A stretch of 64,000 nt of DNA, from the NCBI RefSeq assembly GCF_009914755.1, contig NC_060945.1. The stretch is one strand, 5' to 3'. This document shows positions 44,954-64,000 of the stretch, piece after piece (the stretch's first letter is position 1; every line of letters begins with the position of its first letter). Source of the stretch: the human T2T-CHM13v2.0 reference genome, Homo sapiens. The position numbers and the translations under genes are program-made. A model generated the notes under the pieces. It was not told where the DNA came from. It did no database searches and saw nothing but the letters and a program-made list of their open reading frames with translations.

Positions 44954-45348
44954 AGTTTTAAGAGTTTTTGGAATGTTTTGCGTAACAGTCTCTTTATCAG
45001 ATGTGAGTTTAGTTTTTGGAATGTTTTGTGAAACAGTCTCTTTATCAGATGTGAGTTTTAACAGTTTTTGGAGTGCTTTGTATAACAGCCACTTTATCAG
45101 ATGCGAGTTTTAAGAGTATTCGGAATCTTTTGCCTAACAGTCTCTTTATCAGATGTGAGTTTTAAGAGTTTTTGGAATGTTTTGCAAAACAGTCTCTTTA
45201 TCGGATGTCAGTTTTAAGGGTTATTGGAGTGTTTTGTGTAAAGTCTCTTTATCAGATGTGAGTTTTAAGAGTTATTGAAGTGTTTTGAGTAACAGTCTCT
45301 TTATCAAATGTGAGTTTTAAGAGTTTCTGGAGTGTTGCATAACAGTCT
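44954..45348. repeat. About 52-bp minisatellite x about 8, derived from L1M sequence
   Basis: gagttttaagagtttttggaatgttttgcgtaacagtctctttatcagatgt repeated with 48-52 bp spacing. Confidence 0.9.
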
Positions 45349-45509
45349 TTCTTTTTTTTTTTTAACACTGATATACATATTTTAATCTCCATCTTAGCCC
45401 AATATCAGTATGTGTCCAAATTGATCATGACTTTACTATATCATGCTTTTTACTGTCTCAGCTTGGCTATCAGTACACTCAGAGTTCTTTTTTTTAATTG
45501 AGGAATATA

Positions 45510-51621
<6,112 letters not shown>

Positions 51622-51962
51622 CAAAATCGAATGCCATTAGGTATGCTTGCAGCAGCCAAAGGAGGGGTTTGAACCTTGCTGCATACTGAATGTTGTGTGT
51701 GTATACCTGACAGTTCTCACAATATTACTTTCCTTGCCCAAGACATGCAAGGACAAGTAAAACAGTTAGAATCTAACTGTCAGGACCCCATCATGAATTG
51801 GCTGTCCAACTGACATTGGCGTTGGCCTTGGTGGGTGTGATTTTATTTAATTGTGCTTTAATTCTCCTCTGCTTACCCTGCTTCTTTAACCTCTACCAAT
51901 GATGTATTCCCCGTATATCTGCAAGGGTATTTTCCTACAATTGAGTATCAAGTGGGACCGAA
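51622..51962 (+). pseudogene. HERV-S (HERVL18)-like env TM fragment
   Basis: QNRMPLGMLAAAKGGV*TLLHTECCVCIPD (ISD plus CX6CC) followed by a hydrophobic TM region. Confidence 0.7.
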
Positions 51963-52451
51963 TACAGAGAAAAAGTTAAATAATATATTTCAACTCAATT
52001 GAACATGGACACAATGGTCACCAAGTCCCAGAATAGGTTTTGTGAGCCCCTTGAGGCATTCATCCAGCACTGTTTCAGAGAAATCTCTATTTCAATCTAT
52101 TCCTATACGTTAGTTATTGAAAAACAACAGACAATGGCAAAAACAAATTGACCTTTTTGTGTTCCTTTGTGCATGGACGAATGGCTGACTCTGGAGCCCA
52201 GGCTGTTGCTTCTCGGTCTGGTGATCAATCTTCCATAGTCTATCTATATATATATACATATACATATATATACACATTTTTTTCCTTCTCCCCTTTCCCA
52301 TTGTAATTTGCTTGTTGTATCAATTTGCTTATTCTATCATCATTTGCTTATTATATCTGCATTGCCATTTATGTGGGATAGAGTTTGTTGACCTTTAAAG
52401 TTTTGTGTGTGTGTGTTTTCTCCTCCCCTGGAGCATCTCCTGCACATAACA
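51963..52451 (+). mobile_element. LTR18-like 3' LTR
   Basis: aaaagttaaataat...caattgaacatggacac...ggtcaccaagtccc; internal (TA)n; ends tgcacataaca. Confidence 0.7.
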
Positions 52452-52799
52452 CCTCTCTTCCTGTCATAGCCAGAAATTCAGTTTTTAAGTTTTTTTCTGG
52501 GGTCTTCTTGCTCAAGAGGAAGTATGTTCAGTGATACGTGGCTTAGAATTTTATTTTTAGCTTTTATTACATTCTAAACCCCCAGCAGAAAGAAGTCTTA
52601 ACAAACACAGATTTTAATTTATGAACATTCTTCTAATAAGTTTTGTATGGTAGCGGAACAACTAAAAAAACTGTTTTTTGCATTGATGACCTACCTCATT
52701 ACAATTTAACCTCTAAAGGTTGTTTTAGCCAGCTCTACAGGCTGCTATGGTTAAGGTGAATTTACTGCTTCTTCCCACAATAGAGAATGGTATTTTAAA

Positions 52800-53870
52800 A
52801 TAGCATAACTTCTATGGAATATATTTTTAAAGCATGACCACAATTTGAATAATTAGAATATTTAAAAATTCCGAAGATTGTTATACCAACGCTGCACTAA
52901 AATTTATCCTTCCATTGATGACAGGGAATTTTTAATAGTTATTTTTATAATAAATTAAATTTTAATAAAATAACTGACTTTCAAACTTTAGCAAGAGGAC
53001 ACATATTCAGACAGAGATATCAGTTCCCCCTTAGAAAAAAATATTCACTTCTCATTAAAATCTCTCTGTATCTTACTGATTTCAGATAGAAGTTAAATTT
53101 CACCTTAATAACAGAAACAAAAGAACTAGTTAAACTGACAAAAACTAATAAACGTATGCCCAAATTTACTGGCAGAATCATGAGTACACCATATAATAGT
53201 AACATTCTACCAGTTTTAAGTAAAATAAATGAGGAAATAATCTTGACTGTACAACCTACCAGGAGGGGCGTGTCCCTGCTCCCAGATGAGTGGGAACGCT
53301 GCACTCTGGAGTGGTTGCGCCTCAGCTTCTGGCAACTCTTGTTGGCAGCATTGCCATTGCAGGGACAAGGCAGGCATTGGGGGGGCGGGCAGTGGGCCAG
53401 GCCCAGGCACGTCCTTTGCCAGAGACTGGGCAGGTGCGGAGAGGGGCGAAGCAGTGCTGCCCTGGTCGAGGGAGCCTCCCGCTCTGGACGGTTCGCCGCA
53501 CCTGCCCCAGGAGGTTGCTGCAGGAGCTGGGTGGGGAAGGGGAGGGATGAGGGGATGCAGGCCAGATCAGGTGGCCCCTTAGCCCTGGGTGATGCAAGAG
53601 GGGCTGTGGGAGACCAGAGAAGACCCGGAGCAGAAACTGGGAACTGATATCTCTGGCTGAATATTTGTCCTCTTGCTGAAGTTTGAAAGTCAGTTATTTC
53701 ATTACAGTTCAATTTTATTACAAAAATAACAACTATTAAAAATTCCCTGTAGTCACTGGAATGATAAATTTTGGTGCAGTTTTAGCATAACAATCTTTGG
53801 AGTTTTTAGATATTCTAATTATTGAAACTGCAGCCATGTTTCAAAATACATGCCATATATTTTTATGGCA
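52800..53870. repeat. REP522-like palindromic repeat
   Basis: AT-rich arms 52813-53028 and 53639-53857 are inverted copies around a partly GC-rich spacer; the palindrome is seen directly, the family name is from recall. Confidence 0.6.
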
Positions 53871-54263
53871 TCCACCCCTGGGTCCCTGTGTCCCGCATCC
53901 GCCTCTGTGTACCTGCTGGCTCAGGAAACGAGCTTCTTCCTACTTCCACAGACTCCAATCAGGCTGCCCTTCCTCCTGGTACTTGAGGCACACGTGGGGA
54001 TAGCCTGCCAGTGAATAGCCCGAGAATGCCCGGCCTGTGCCGTGTGCTCAGAGTGGGGTCCTGGCTGGTGCCCCTCAGAGCCCCTCACAAAGCAGGGCTA
54101 GGTGTGGAGGGACCTAGCACCAGGCAGCGGTGAGCGGATGGATGCTCCAGGGATGTGGGGCTGCTGACAGTCAAGAACCCTTTGCCAAATTCAATGGCAT
54201 AATGTAGGATATTTTTTCCCTTATATTTTTGTGTAGGAGTTTTACAACTTTCAGCCTTACATT

Positions 54264-57200
54264 TGTATTTTCTTAACATAGGATTCCAGAACAATGCTAC
54301 GAGGGTCTGAATGCCTGTCGCACACATAGGATTCTAGAACACCCCAGCTGTCGTCTGAATGATTGCCCCCCACATATGATTCCAGAACACTGCTGCTGCG
54401 GTCTGAATGATTGTACCTCACACAGGATTCCAGAACACTCCTCCTCTAGTCTGAATGTTTGTCCCTCAGATAATATTCCGGAACACTGCTGCTGGGTTCT
54501 GAGTGTTTGTCCCTCACATAGGATTCCAGAACACTGCTAAGAGGGTCTGAATGTTTGTCCTTCACATGAGATTGCAGAACACTGCTAAGAGGGTACGATT
54601 GTTTCTACCTCACATAAGATTCCAGAACACTTCTACGAGGGTCTGAATCTTTGTCCCATACATAGGACTCCAGAACACTCCTGCTGTGTTCTGAATGTGT
54701 TTTCCTAACATAGGATTCCAGAACAATGCTACGAGGGTCTGAATGCTTCTCCCACAAGTAGGATTCCAGAACACCCCAGCTGCAGTCTGAATGATTGTCC
54801 CTCACATAGGATTCCAGAACACTGCTGCTGGGTTCTGAGTGTTTCTCCCTCACATAGGATTCCAGAACACTGCTACAAGGGTCTGAATGATTGTACCTCA
54901 CATAGGATTCCAGAACACTCCTGCTCTGGTCTGAATTTTTGTCCCTCAGATAGGATTCCAGAACACTACTACTGGGTTCTGAGTGTTTGTCTCCCACGTA
55001 GGATTCCACAACACTGCTACGAGGGTCTGAATGTTTGTCCCACACATAGGACTCCAGAACACTCCTGCTCTGGTCTGAATGTTTGTCCCTCAGATAGGAT
55101 TCCAGAACACAGCTTCTGGGTTCTGAGTATTTGTCCCTCACATAGGATTCCAGAACACTGCTACTGGGTTCTGAGTGTTTCTCCCTCACATAGGATTCCA
55201 CAACACTGCTAAGAGTTTCTGAATGTTTGTCTCATACATAGGATTCCAGAACACTGCTACGTGGGTCTAAATGTTTGTCCCTCACATAGGATTCCAGAAC
55301 ACTACTGATGTGGTCTGAATGCTTGACCCTCACATAGGATTCCAGAATATTCCTGTTGTCTTCTGGGTGTTTGTGACTCACAAGGGTTTCCAGATCTATC
55401 CTGCTGTGTTCTGAATGTTTCCCCCTCAGATAGGATTCCAAAACATTCCTTCTGTGGTCTGAGTGTTTGTCTCTCAAATAGGATTCCAAAACACTGCTAC
55501 TGGGGTCTGAATGTTTGTGCCTCAAATAGGATTCCAGAACACTGCTACGAGGGTCTGAATTATTCTCCCTCACATAGCATTCCAGAACACTCCTGCTGTG
55601 GTCTGAATGTTTATGCCTCACTCAGGATTCCAGAACATTCCTGCTGTGGTCTGAATGGTTGTCCCTCACTTAGGATTCCAGAACACTGCTGTTGGGTTCT
55701 GAGTGTTTGTCCCGCACATAAGATTCCAGAACACTGCTACTTGGGTGTCAATGTTTGTCCCTCAGATAGGATTCCAGAACACTGCTGATGGGGTCTGAAT
55801 GCTTGTCCCTCACATTGGATTCCAGAACACTCCTGCTGTGGTCTGAATGTTTGAACATCACATAGGATTACAGAACACTGCTGCGGGTTTCTGAGTATTT
55901 GTCCCTCTCATAGGATTCCGGAACACTGCTATGAGAGTCTGAATATTTGTCCCACACATAGGACTCCAGAACACTCCCGCTGTGTTCTGAATGTATTTTC
56001 CTAAAATAGGATTCCAGAACAATGCTACGAGAGTCTGAATGCGTTTCCAACCCGTAGGATTCAAGAAGACCCCAGTTGTGGTCTCAATGATTGTCCCTCA
56101 CATAGGATTCCAGAACACTGCTGCTGTGTTCTGAGTGTTTTTCCCTCACATAGGATTCCAGACCACTGCTACGAGGGTCTGAATTATTCTCCCTCACATA
56201 GGATTCCAGAACACTCCTGCTGTGGTCTGAATGTTTGCCCCTCACTTAGGATTCCAGAACACTGCTGCGGGGTTCTGAGTGTTTGTCCCTCACATAGGAT
56301 TCCAGAACACTGTTACGAGGTTCTGAAAGTTTGTCCCTCACGTAGGATTCCATTACACTAGTGCTGTGGTCTGAATGGTTGACACTCACATAGGATTCCA
56401 GAACATTCCTGCTGTATTCTGAATGGTTGACCCTCACATAGGATTCCAGTACATTCCTGCTGTGGTCTGGGTGTTTTTGCCTCACATGGGATTTCATAAC
56501 AATCCTGCTGTGGTCTGACTGTTTGTCCCTCACATAGGATTCCAAAACATTCCTGCTGTTTTCTGAGTGTTTGTACCACAAATAGGATTCCAGAATACTG
56601 CTACTGGTGTCTGAAAGTTTGTCCCTCACATTGGATTACAGAACACTGCTATCAGCGTCTGATTTATTCTCCCTCATATAGGATTCCAGAACACTCCTGC
56701 TGTGGTCTGAATGTTTGTCCCACTCTTAGGATTCCAGAACACTGCTGTTGGAGTCTGAGTGTTTGTCCCTCATGTACGATTCCAGAACACTGCTACGTGG
56801 GTCTAAATGATTTTCCCTCACATCAGATTCCAGAACACTGCTACGAGGCTCTGAATGTTTGTCCCACACATAGGACTCCAGAACACTCCTGCTTTGTTCT
56901 GAAGGTATTTTCCTCACATAGGATTCCAGAACAATGCTACAAGGGTCTGAATGTTTGTTCCACACGTGGGATTCCAGAACACCTCAGTGGTTTTCTGAAT
57001 GATTGTCCCACACATAGGATTCCAGAACAATGCTGCTGGGTTCTGAGTGTTTGTCCTTCAAATATGTTTCCAGAACACTCCTGCTCTGGTCAGAATGTTT
57101 GTCACTCACTGAAGATTCCAGATCCCTGTTCTTGGGTACTGAGTGTTTCCCCCCCATACGATTCCAGAACATTGCTACGTGGATCTAAATGTTGGTCCCT

Positions 57201-60200
57201 CCCATAGAATTCCAGAACACTGCTACGAGGTTCTGAATGCTTGTCCCGCACATAGGACTCCAGAACACTCCTACTGTGTTCTGAATGTTCTTCCTCACAT
57301 AGGATTCCAGAACAATGCTACGAGGTTCTGAATATTTGTCCCACACCTAGGGATCCAAAACACCCCAACTGGGGTCTGAATGACTGTCCCTCACATAGGA
57401 CTCCAGAACACTGCTGCTGTGTTCTGAATGTTCTTCCTCACATAGTATTCCATAACATTGCTATGAGGGTCTGAATGTTTGTCTCACACATAGGGACCCA
57501 GAACATCCCAGATGTGGTGTGAATGATTGTCCCTCACATAGGATTCCAGAACGCAGCTGCTGGGTTCTGAGTGTTTCTCCTTTACGTAGGATTCCAAAAC
57601 ATTGCTACTGGGATCTGAATTTTTCTCCCTCACATAGGATTCCAGAACTCTGCTATGAGGATCTTAATTATTCTCCCTCACATAGGATTCCAGAACACTC
57701 CTGTTGTGGTCTGAATGTTTGTCCCTCACTTAAGCTTCCAGAACACTGCTGTCGGGTTCTGGGTGTTTGACCCTCACGTACGATTCCAAAACACTGCTAC
57801 GTGTGTCTAAATGTTTTTCCCTCACATAAGATTCCAGAACACTGCTATGAGGGTCTGTATGTTTGTCCCGCACGTAGGTCCGCAGAACACTACTGCTGTG
57901 TTCTGAAGGGTTTTTCCTCACATAGGATTCCAGAACAATGCTACAATGGTATAAATGATTGTCCCTCACAGAGGATTCCAGCACACTTCTTCTGGGTTCT
58001 GAATGTTTCTCCCTCACATAGGATTACAGAACACTCCTTCTATGATCTGAATGTTTGTCCCTCACTTAGGAATGCAGAACACTGCTGTTGGGTTCTGACT
58101 GTTTGTCCTTCACGTACGGTTACAGAACACTGATACATGGGTGTAAATGTTTGTCCCTCACATAGGAGTCTAGAACACTGCTACAAGGGACTGAATGTTT
58201 GTCTCGCACATAGGACTCTGGAACACACCTAGTGTGTTCTGAAAGTATTTTCCTCACATAGGATTCCACAGCAATGCTACGTGAGTCTGAATCTTTGTCC
58301 CAAACCTAGGACTCCAGAACAACTCAGCTGTGGTCTGAATGATTGTCCCTCACATAGGATTCCAGAACACTGCTGCTGGGTTGTGAGTGTTTCTCCCTCA
58401 CATGGTATTCCAGAACACTGCTACTGTGGTCTGAAAGTTTTTCCCTCACATAGGATTGCAGAACACTGCTACGAGGGTCTGAATTATTCTCCCTCACATA
58501 GGATTCCAGAAGATTCCTTCGTGGTCTGTATGTTTGTCCCTCAATTAGGATTCCAGGACACTGCTGTAGGGTTCCAAGTGTTTGTCTCTCACGTGCGGTT
58601 CCAGAACACTGCTCCCTGGGTCTAAAAGTTTGTTCCTCACATAGGATTGCAGAACAGTGCTACAAGGGTCCGGGTCTGAATGTTTGCCCCACACATAGGA
58701 TTCCAGAATACCTCAACTGTGGTATGAATGATTGTCCCTCATATAGGATTCCACAATACTACTACTGGGTTATGAGTGTTTCTCCCTCACATGGCATTCC
58801 AGAACACTGCTACAAGGGACTGAATGTTTGTCCCGCACATAGGACTCCACAACACTCCTGTTGTGTTCTGAATGTATTTTCCTCAAAGAGGATTCCAGAA
58901 AAATGCTACGCGGGTCTGCATGTTTGTCCCACACGTAGGACTCCAGAACACCCCGGCTGTAGTCTGAATGATTGTCCCTCACATAGGATTGCAGAACACT
59001 GCTTCTGGGTTGAGCATTTCTCCCTCACATAGGATTCCAGAACACTGCTACGAGGGTCTGTATTATTTTCCCTCACAATGGATTCCAGAATATTCCTTCT
59101 GTGATCTGTGTGTTTTTCCCTCAATTAGCATTCCAGGACACCGCTGCTGGGTTCTGAGTGTTTCTCCCTCACATAGGATTGCAGAACCCTGCTACTGACA
59201 TCTGAATATTTGTCCCTCACAAAGGATTCCAGAACACTGCTGCAATGGTCTGAATTATTCTCCCTCACATAGGACTCCAGGACACTCCTACTGTGGTCTG
59301 AATGTTTTTCCCTCACTTAGGACTCCAAAACACTGCTGTTGGGTTCTGAGTGTTTGTCCCTCATGTACGATTCCAGAACACTGCTACGTGCTTCTAAATG
59401 TTTGTCCCTCACATAGGATTCCAGAACACTACCATGAGAGTATGAGTGTTTGTCATGCACATAGGACTCCAGAACACTCCTTCTGTGTTCTGAATGTTCT
59501 TCCTCACATAGGATTCTGGAACAATGATACGAGGGTCTGAATGTTTGTCCCACACGTAGGATTCCAGAACACCCCAGCTGTGTTCTGAATGATTGTCCCT
59601 TACATAGAATTCCAGAACACTGCTGCTGGGTTCTGAGATTTTTTCCCCTTATGTAGGATTCCAGAACACTGCTGCTGTGGCCTGAATGTTTGTTCCTCAC
59701 ATAGGATTCCAGAACTCTCTTGCTGTGGTCTGAATGTTTGTCCCTCCTATAGGATTCCAGAACACTGCTGCTGTGTTCTGAAAGGTTGACCCTTACATAG
59801 GATTCCAGAACACCCCTGTTGTGGTCTGGGTGTTTGTGCCTTACGTGGGATTCCAGAACAATCCTGCTGTGGTCTGCATGATTCTCCCTCACATAGGATT
59901 CCAAAACATTCCTGCTGTGGTCTGAGTGTTTGTCCCACAAATAGGATTCCAGAATACTTCTACTGTGGTCTGAAAGTTTGTTCCTCACGTAGGATTCCAG
60001 AGCACTGCTACGAGGGTCTGAATGTTTGTCCCACACATAGGACTCCACAACACTCCTGCTGTCTTCTGAATGTTCTTCCTCACATAGGATTCCAGAACAT
60101 TACTACGAGGGTCTGAATGTTTGTCCCACACCTAGGGATCCAGAACACCCCAGCTGTGGTCTGAATGATTGTCCAACACATAGGATTCCAGAACACTGCT

Positions 60201-63200
60201 GCTGGGTTCTGAGTGTTTCTCCCTCACAGAGGATTCCATAACACTGCTACTGGGGTCTGAATTTTTTTCCCTCAGATAGGATTCGAGAACACTGCTACAA
60301 GGGTCTCAATTATTCTCCCACACATGGGATTCCAGAACACTCCTGCTGTGGTCTGAATGTTTGTCCCTCACTTAAGATTCCAGAACACTGTTGTTGGGTT
60401 CGGAATGTTTGTTCCTCACGTACGATTCCAGAAGACTGCTATGTGGGTCTAAATGTTTTTCCCTTACCTAGGATTCCAGAACACTGTTACGAGGGTCTGT
60501 ATGTTTGTCTCGCACATAGATCTCCAGAATACTACTGCTGTGTTTTGAAGGTGTTTTTCTCACATAGGATTCCAGAACAATGCTACAACGGTCTGGATGA
60601 TTGTCTCTTACATAGGATTCCAGAACATGGCTTATGGGTTCTGAGTGTTTCTCCCTCACATAGGATTACAGAACACTCCTTCTGTGGTCTGAATGTTTGT
60701 CGCTCACTTAGGAATCCAGAACACTGCTGTTGGGTTCTGAGTGTCCCTCACGTAGGGTTACAGAACAATTCTACATGAGTCTAAATGTTTGTCCCTCACA
60801 TAGGATTCCAGAACCGTGCTACGAAGGACTGAATGCTTTTTCTTCATATAAGACTACAGAACACTCCTGCTGTGTTCTGAATGTATTTTATTCACATAGA
60901 AGTCCCGAACAATGCTACAAGGTTCTGAATCTTTGTTCCACACGTAGGATTCTAGTACACCCTAGCGGTTTTCTGAATGATTGTCCCACACATAGGACTC
61001 CAGAACACTGCTGCTGGGTTCTGAAGCTTTCTCCCTCAAATAGGTTTCCAGAACTCTCCTGTTGTGGTCAGAATGTTTGTCCCTCACTGAGGATTCCAGA
61101 TCCCTGCCCTTGGGTACTGAGTGTTTGCCTCACATAGGATTCCAGAACACTGCTACTGTGGACTGCTTTTATATCCCGCATATAGGCTTCCAGAACACTC
61201 CTGCTGTGTTTTGAAAGTATTTTATTCACACAGGATTCCAGAACAACGCTACTAGCGTGTGAATGTTTCTTTCACATGTAGGATTTCAGAGCACCCCAGG
61301 TGTGATCTGAATGATTGTCCCTCCCATAGGATTCCAGAACACTGCTGCTCAGTTGTGAGTGTTTCTCCCTCACATAGGATTCCAGAACACTACTGCTGTG
61401 GTCTGAATGTTTGTCCCTCACATAGGATTCCAGAACACTGCTACGAGTGTCTGAATTATTCTCCCTCACATAGGATTCCAGAAGATTCCTGCTGTGGTCT
61501 GAATGTTTGTCCCTCACTTGGGATTCTAGGACACTGCTGTTGGGTTCTGAGTGTTTGTCCCTTATGTAAGATTCCAGAACACTGTTCCGTGGGTTTAAAT
61601 GTTTATCCCTCACATAGGATTGCAGAATACTGCTGTGAGGTTCTGAATGTTTGTCCCGCACAATGGACTCCAGAAATCTCCTTCTGTGTTTTGAATGTAT
61701 TTACCTCACATAAAATTCCAGAACAATGCTAAGAGGGTCTGAATGTTTGTCCCACACTTAGGAATCCAGAACACCACAGCTGTGGTCTGAAAGATCGTCC
61801 CTCACATTGGATTCCCGAACACTGCTGCTGGGTTCTGAGTGTTTCTCCTTCACATAGGACTCCAGAACTCTGCTACGAGGTTCTGAATGATTGTACCTCA
61901 CATAGTATTCCAGAACCCTCCTGCTCCGTTCTGAATATTTGTCCCACAGATAGGATTCCAGATCACTGCTCTTAGGTTCTGCACGTTTGTCCCTCAAATA
62001 GGATTCCAGAACACTGCTGCTGTGTTCAAAATGTTTGTTCCTCGCATAGGACTCCAGAACTCACCTGCTATGGTCTGAACGATTGTCCCTCATATAGGAA
62101 TCCAGAACATTACTGCCTTGGTCTGAATTGTTGACCAGAATCCTGCTGTGGTCTGAATGTTTCTCCCTCACATAGGTTCCAAAACATTCCTGCTGTTTTC
62201 TGAGTGTTTCTCCCACAAATAGGATTCCAGAACACTGCTACTGTGGTCTGAAAGTTTCTCCCTCACATAGGATTCCAGAACACTGCTACAAGGGTCTGAA
62301 TTATTCTCCATCATATAGGATTCCAGAACACTCCTGTTGTCGTCTGAATGTTTATCCCTCACTGAGGATTCCAGAACACTGCTGTTGGGTTCTGAGTGTT
62401 TGTCCCTCATGTACGATTCCAGAACCCTGCCACGTGGGTCTAAATGTTTGTCCCTCACACAGGACTCCAGAACAATGCTACGAGGGTCTGAATCTTTGTC
62501 CCAAACTTGGATTCCAGAACCCACCAGCTGTGATCTTTCTGATGGTCTCTCACATAGGATCCAGAACAATGACGCTGGGTTCTGAGTGTTTCTCCCTCAC
62601 ATAGGAATCCAGAACACTCTTGCTGTTGTCTGAATGTGTGTCCCTCACTTAGGTTTCCAGAATACTGCTGTTGGGTTCTGAGTGTTTGTCCCTCATTTAC
62701 GATTCCAGACCACTGCTACGTGTCTCTAAATGTTTGTCCCTCAGATAGGATTCCCGAACACCGCTACGAGGGTCTGAATGTTTGTCCCACAGTTAGGTTT
62801 CCAGAACACCCCAGCTATCGTCTGAATGATTGGCCTTCATATAAGATTCTGGAAAACTGCTGCTGGTTTCTGAGAGGTTCTCTCTCACATAGGATTTCAG
62901 AACACTGCTGCTGGGGTCTGAAAGTTTGTCCCTCACATAGGATTCCAGAGCACTGCTACGAGGTTCTGAATTATTCTCCCTCACATAGGATTCCAGAACA
63001 CTCCTGCCATCATCTGAATGTCCCTCACTTAGGATTCCAGAACACTGCTGTTGTGTTCTGAGTGTTTGTCCCTCACGTACTATTCCAGCACACTGGTACG
63101 TGGGTCTAAATGTTTGTCCCTCTCATAGGATTCCAGAACACTGCTATGAGTGTCTGAATGTTTGTCCCTCACATAGGGTTCCAGAACTCTCCTGCTGTGG

Positions 63201-64000
63201 TCTGAATGTTTGTCGCTCACTGAGGATTCTAGAACTCTGCTGTTGGGTTCTGAGTGTTTGTCCCTCACCTTTGATTACAGAACACTGCTACTTGATTCTA
63301 AATGTTTGTCCGTCACACAGGATTCCAGAACACTGCTATGAAGGTCTGAATGTTTGCCCCTCACATAGGATTCCAGAACACTGCTACGGGTGTCTTAATT
63401 ATTCCCCATCCCATCGGATTCCAGACACTCCACCTGTTGTCTGAATGTTTGTCCCTCACTTACGATTCGAGAACACTGCTGTTGGGTTCTGTGTATTTCT
63501 CACTTACATACTAGTCCAGAACACTGCTACGTGGGTCTAAATGTTTTTCTCTCACATAGGATTCCAGAACACTGCTACGAGGGTCTGAATGTTGTCCCAC
63601 CCACAGGACTCCAGAAAACATCTGCTGTTTTCTGAAAATATTTTCCTCACTTAGGATTCCAGAACAATGCTATGAGGGTTTGAATGTTTGTCCGATATGC
63701 AGGATTCCAAAACGTCCCAGCTGTGTTCTGAATGATTGTCCCTCACATAGGATTCCGGAAAACTGCTGTTGGGTTCTGAGTGTTTCTCCCTCACATAGGA
63801 TTCCAGAAAACTGCTACTGGTGTCTGAATGTTTGTCCCTCACTTCGGATTTCAGGAAATTGCTAAAAGGATCTGAATTATTCTCCCTAACATAGGATTCC
63901 AGAACACTCCTGCTGTGGTCTGAATGTTTGTCCCTCACATAGGATTCCAGATCACTGCTGCTTGGTTCTGAGTGTTTCTCCCTCAGATAGGATTCCAGAA
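54264..64000. repeat. CER 48-bp satellite array (about 200 diverged monomers, runs off the window end)
   Basis: Tandem 48-bp unit cacataggattccagaacactgctgctgggttctgagtgtttgtccct. Confidence 0.95.

Noticed and set aside
53020-53712. 230-aa and 163-aa ORFs in the palindrome spacer
   Set aside because: They span GC-rich repeat sequence and AT-rich arms with no recognisable homology.
54605-63938. Repetitive ESYVRDKHSEPSSSVL and Cys/His-rich CPSHRIPEHC ORFs up to 243 aa
   Set aside because: Artefact of a 48-bp (16-codon) satellite with stop-poor frames; the spacing does not match C2H2 zinc fingers and the frames are broken at random.

Overview
Human-like (primate) genomic DNA with no intact protein-coding gene that I can support. 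Positions 1-52.5 kb are a dense, nested mosaic of transposable elements: about 24 Alu copies or fragments, Charlie1, MER1B and Tigger3 DNA transposons, MaLR LTRs, two LTR13 (HML-4) solo LTRs, MER4-group ERV1 remnants, an internally deleted HERV3/ERV3-like provirus (30.4-36.4 kb), an old L1M, a near full-length L1PA (45.5-51.6 kb) and a HERV-S/LTR18 3' end. A CpG-island promoter at about 37 kb has candidate non-coding exons downstream. The window ends in a REP522-like inverted repeat (52.8-53.9 kb) and at least 9.7 kb of 48-bp CER satellite (54.26 kb to the end), which points to an acrocentric short arm or a pericentromeric segmental duplication. The most notable signals are GG-to-AG hypermutation of the ERV3-like provirus, two templated insertions (one joined by TTAGGG-like repeats), an apparently chimeric L1, cryptic higher-order structure in the CER array, and heat-shock-element-like motifs in CER. 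Family names come from recalled consensus sequences rather than a database search, and many boundaries are approximate. I found no convincing new protein-based system.
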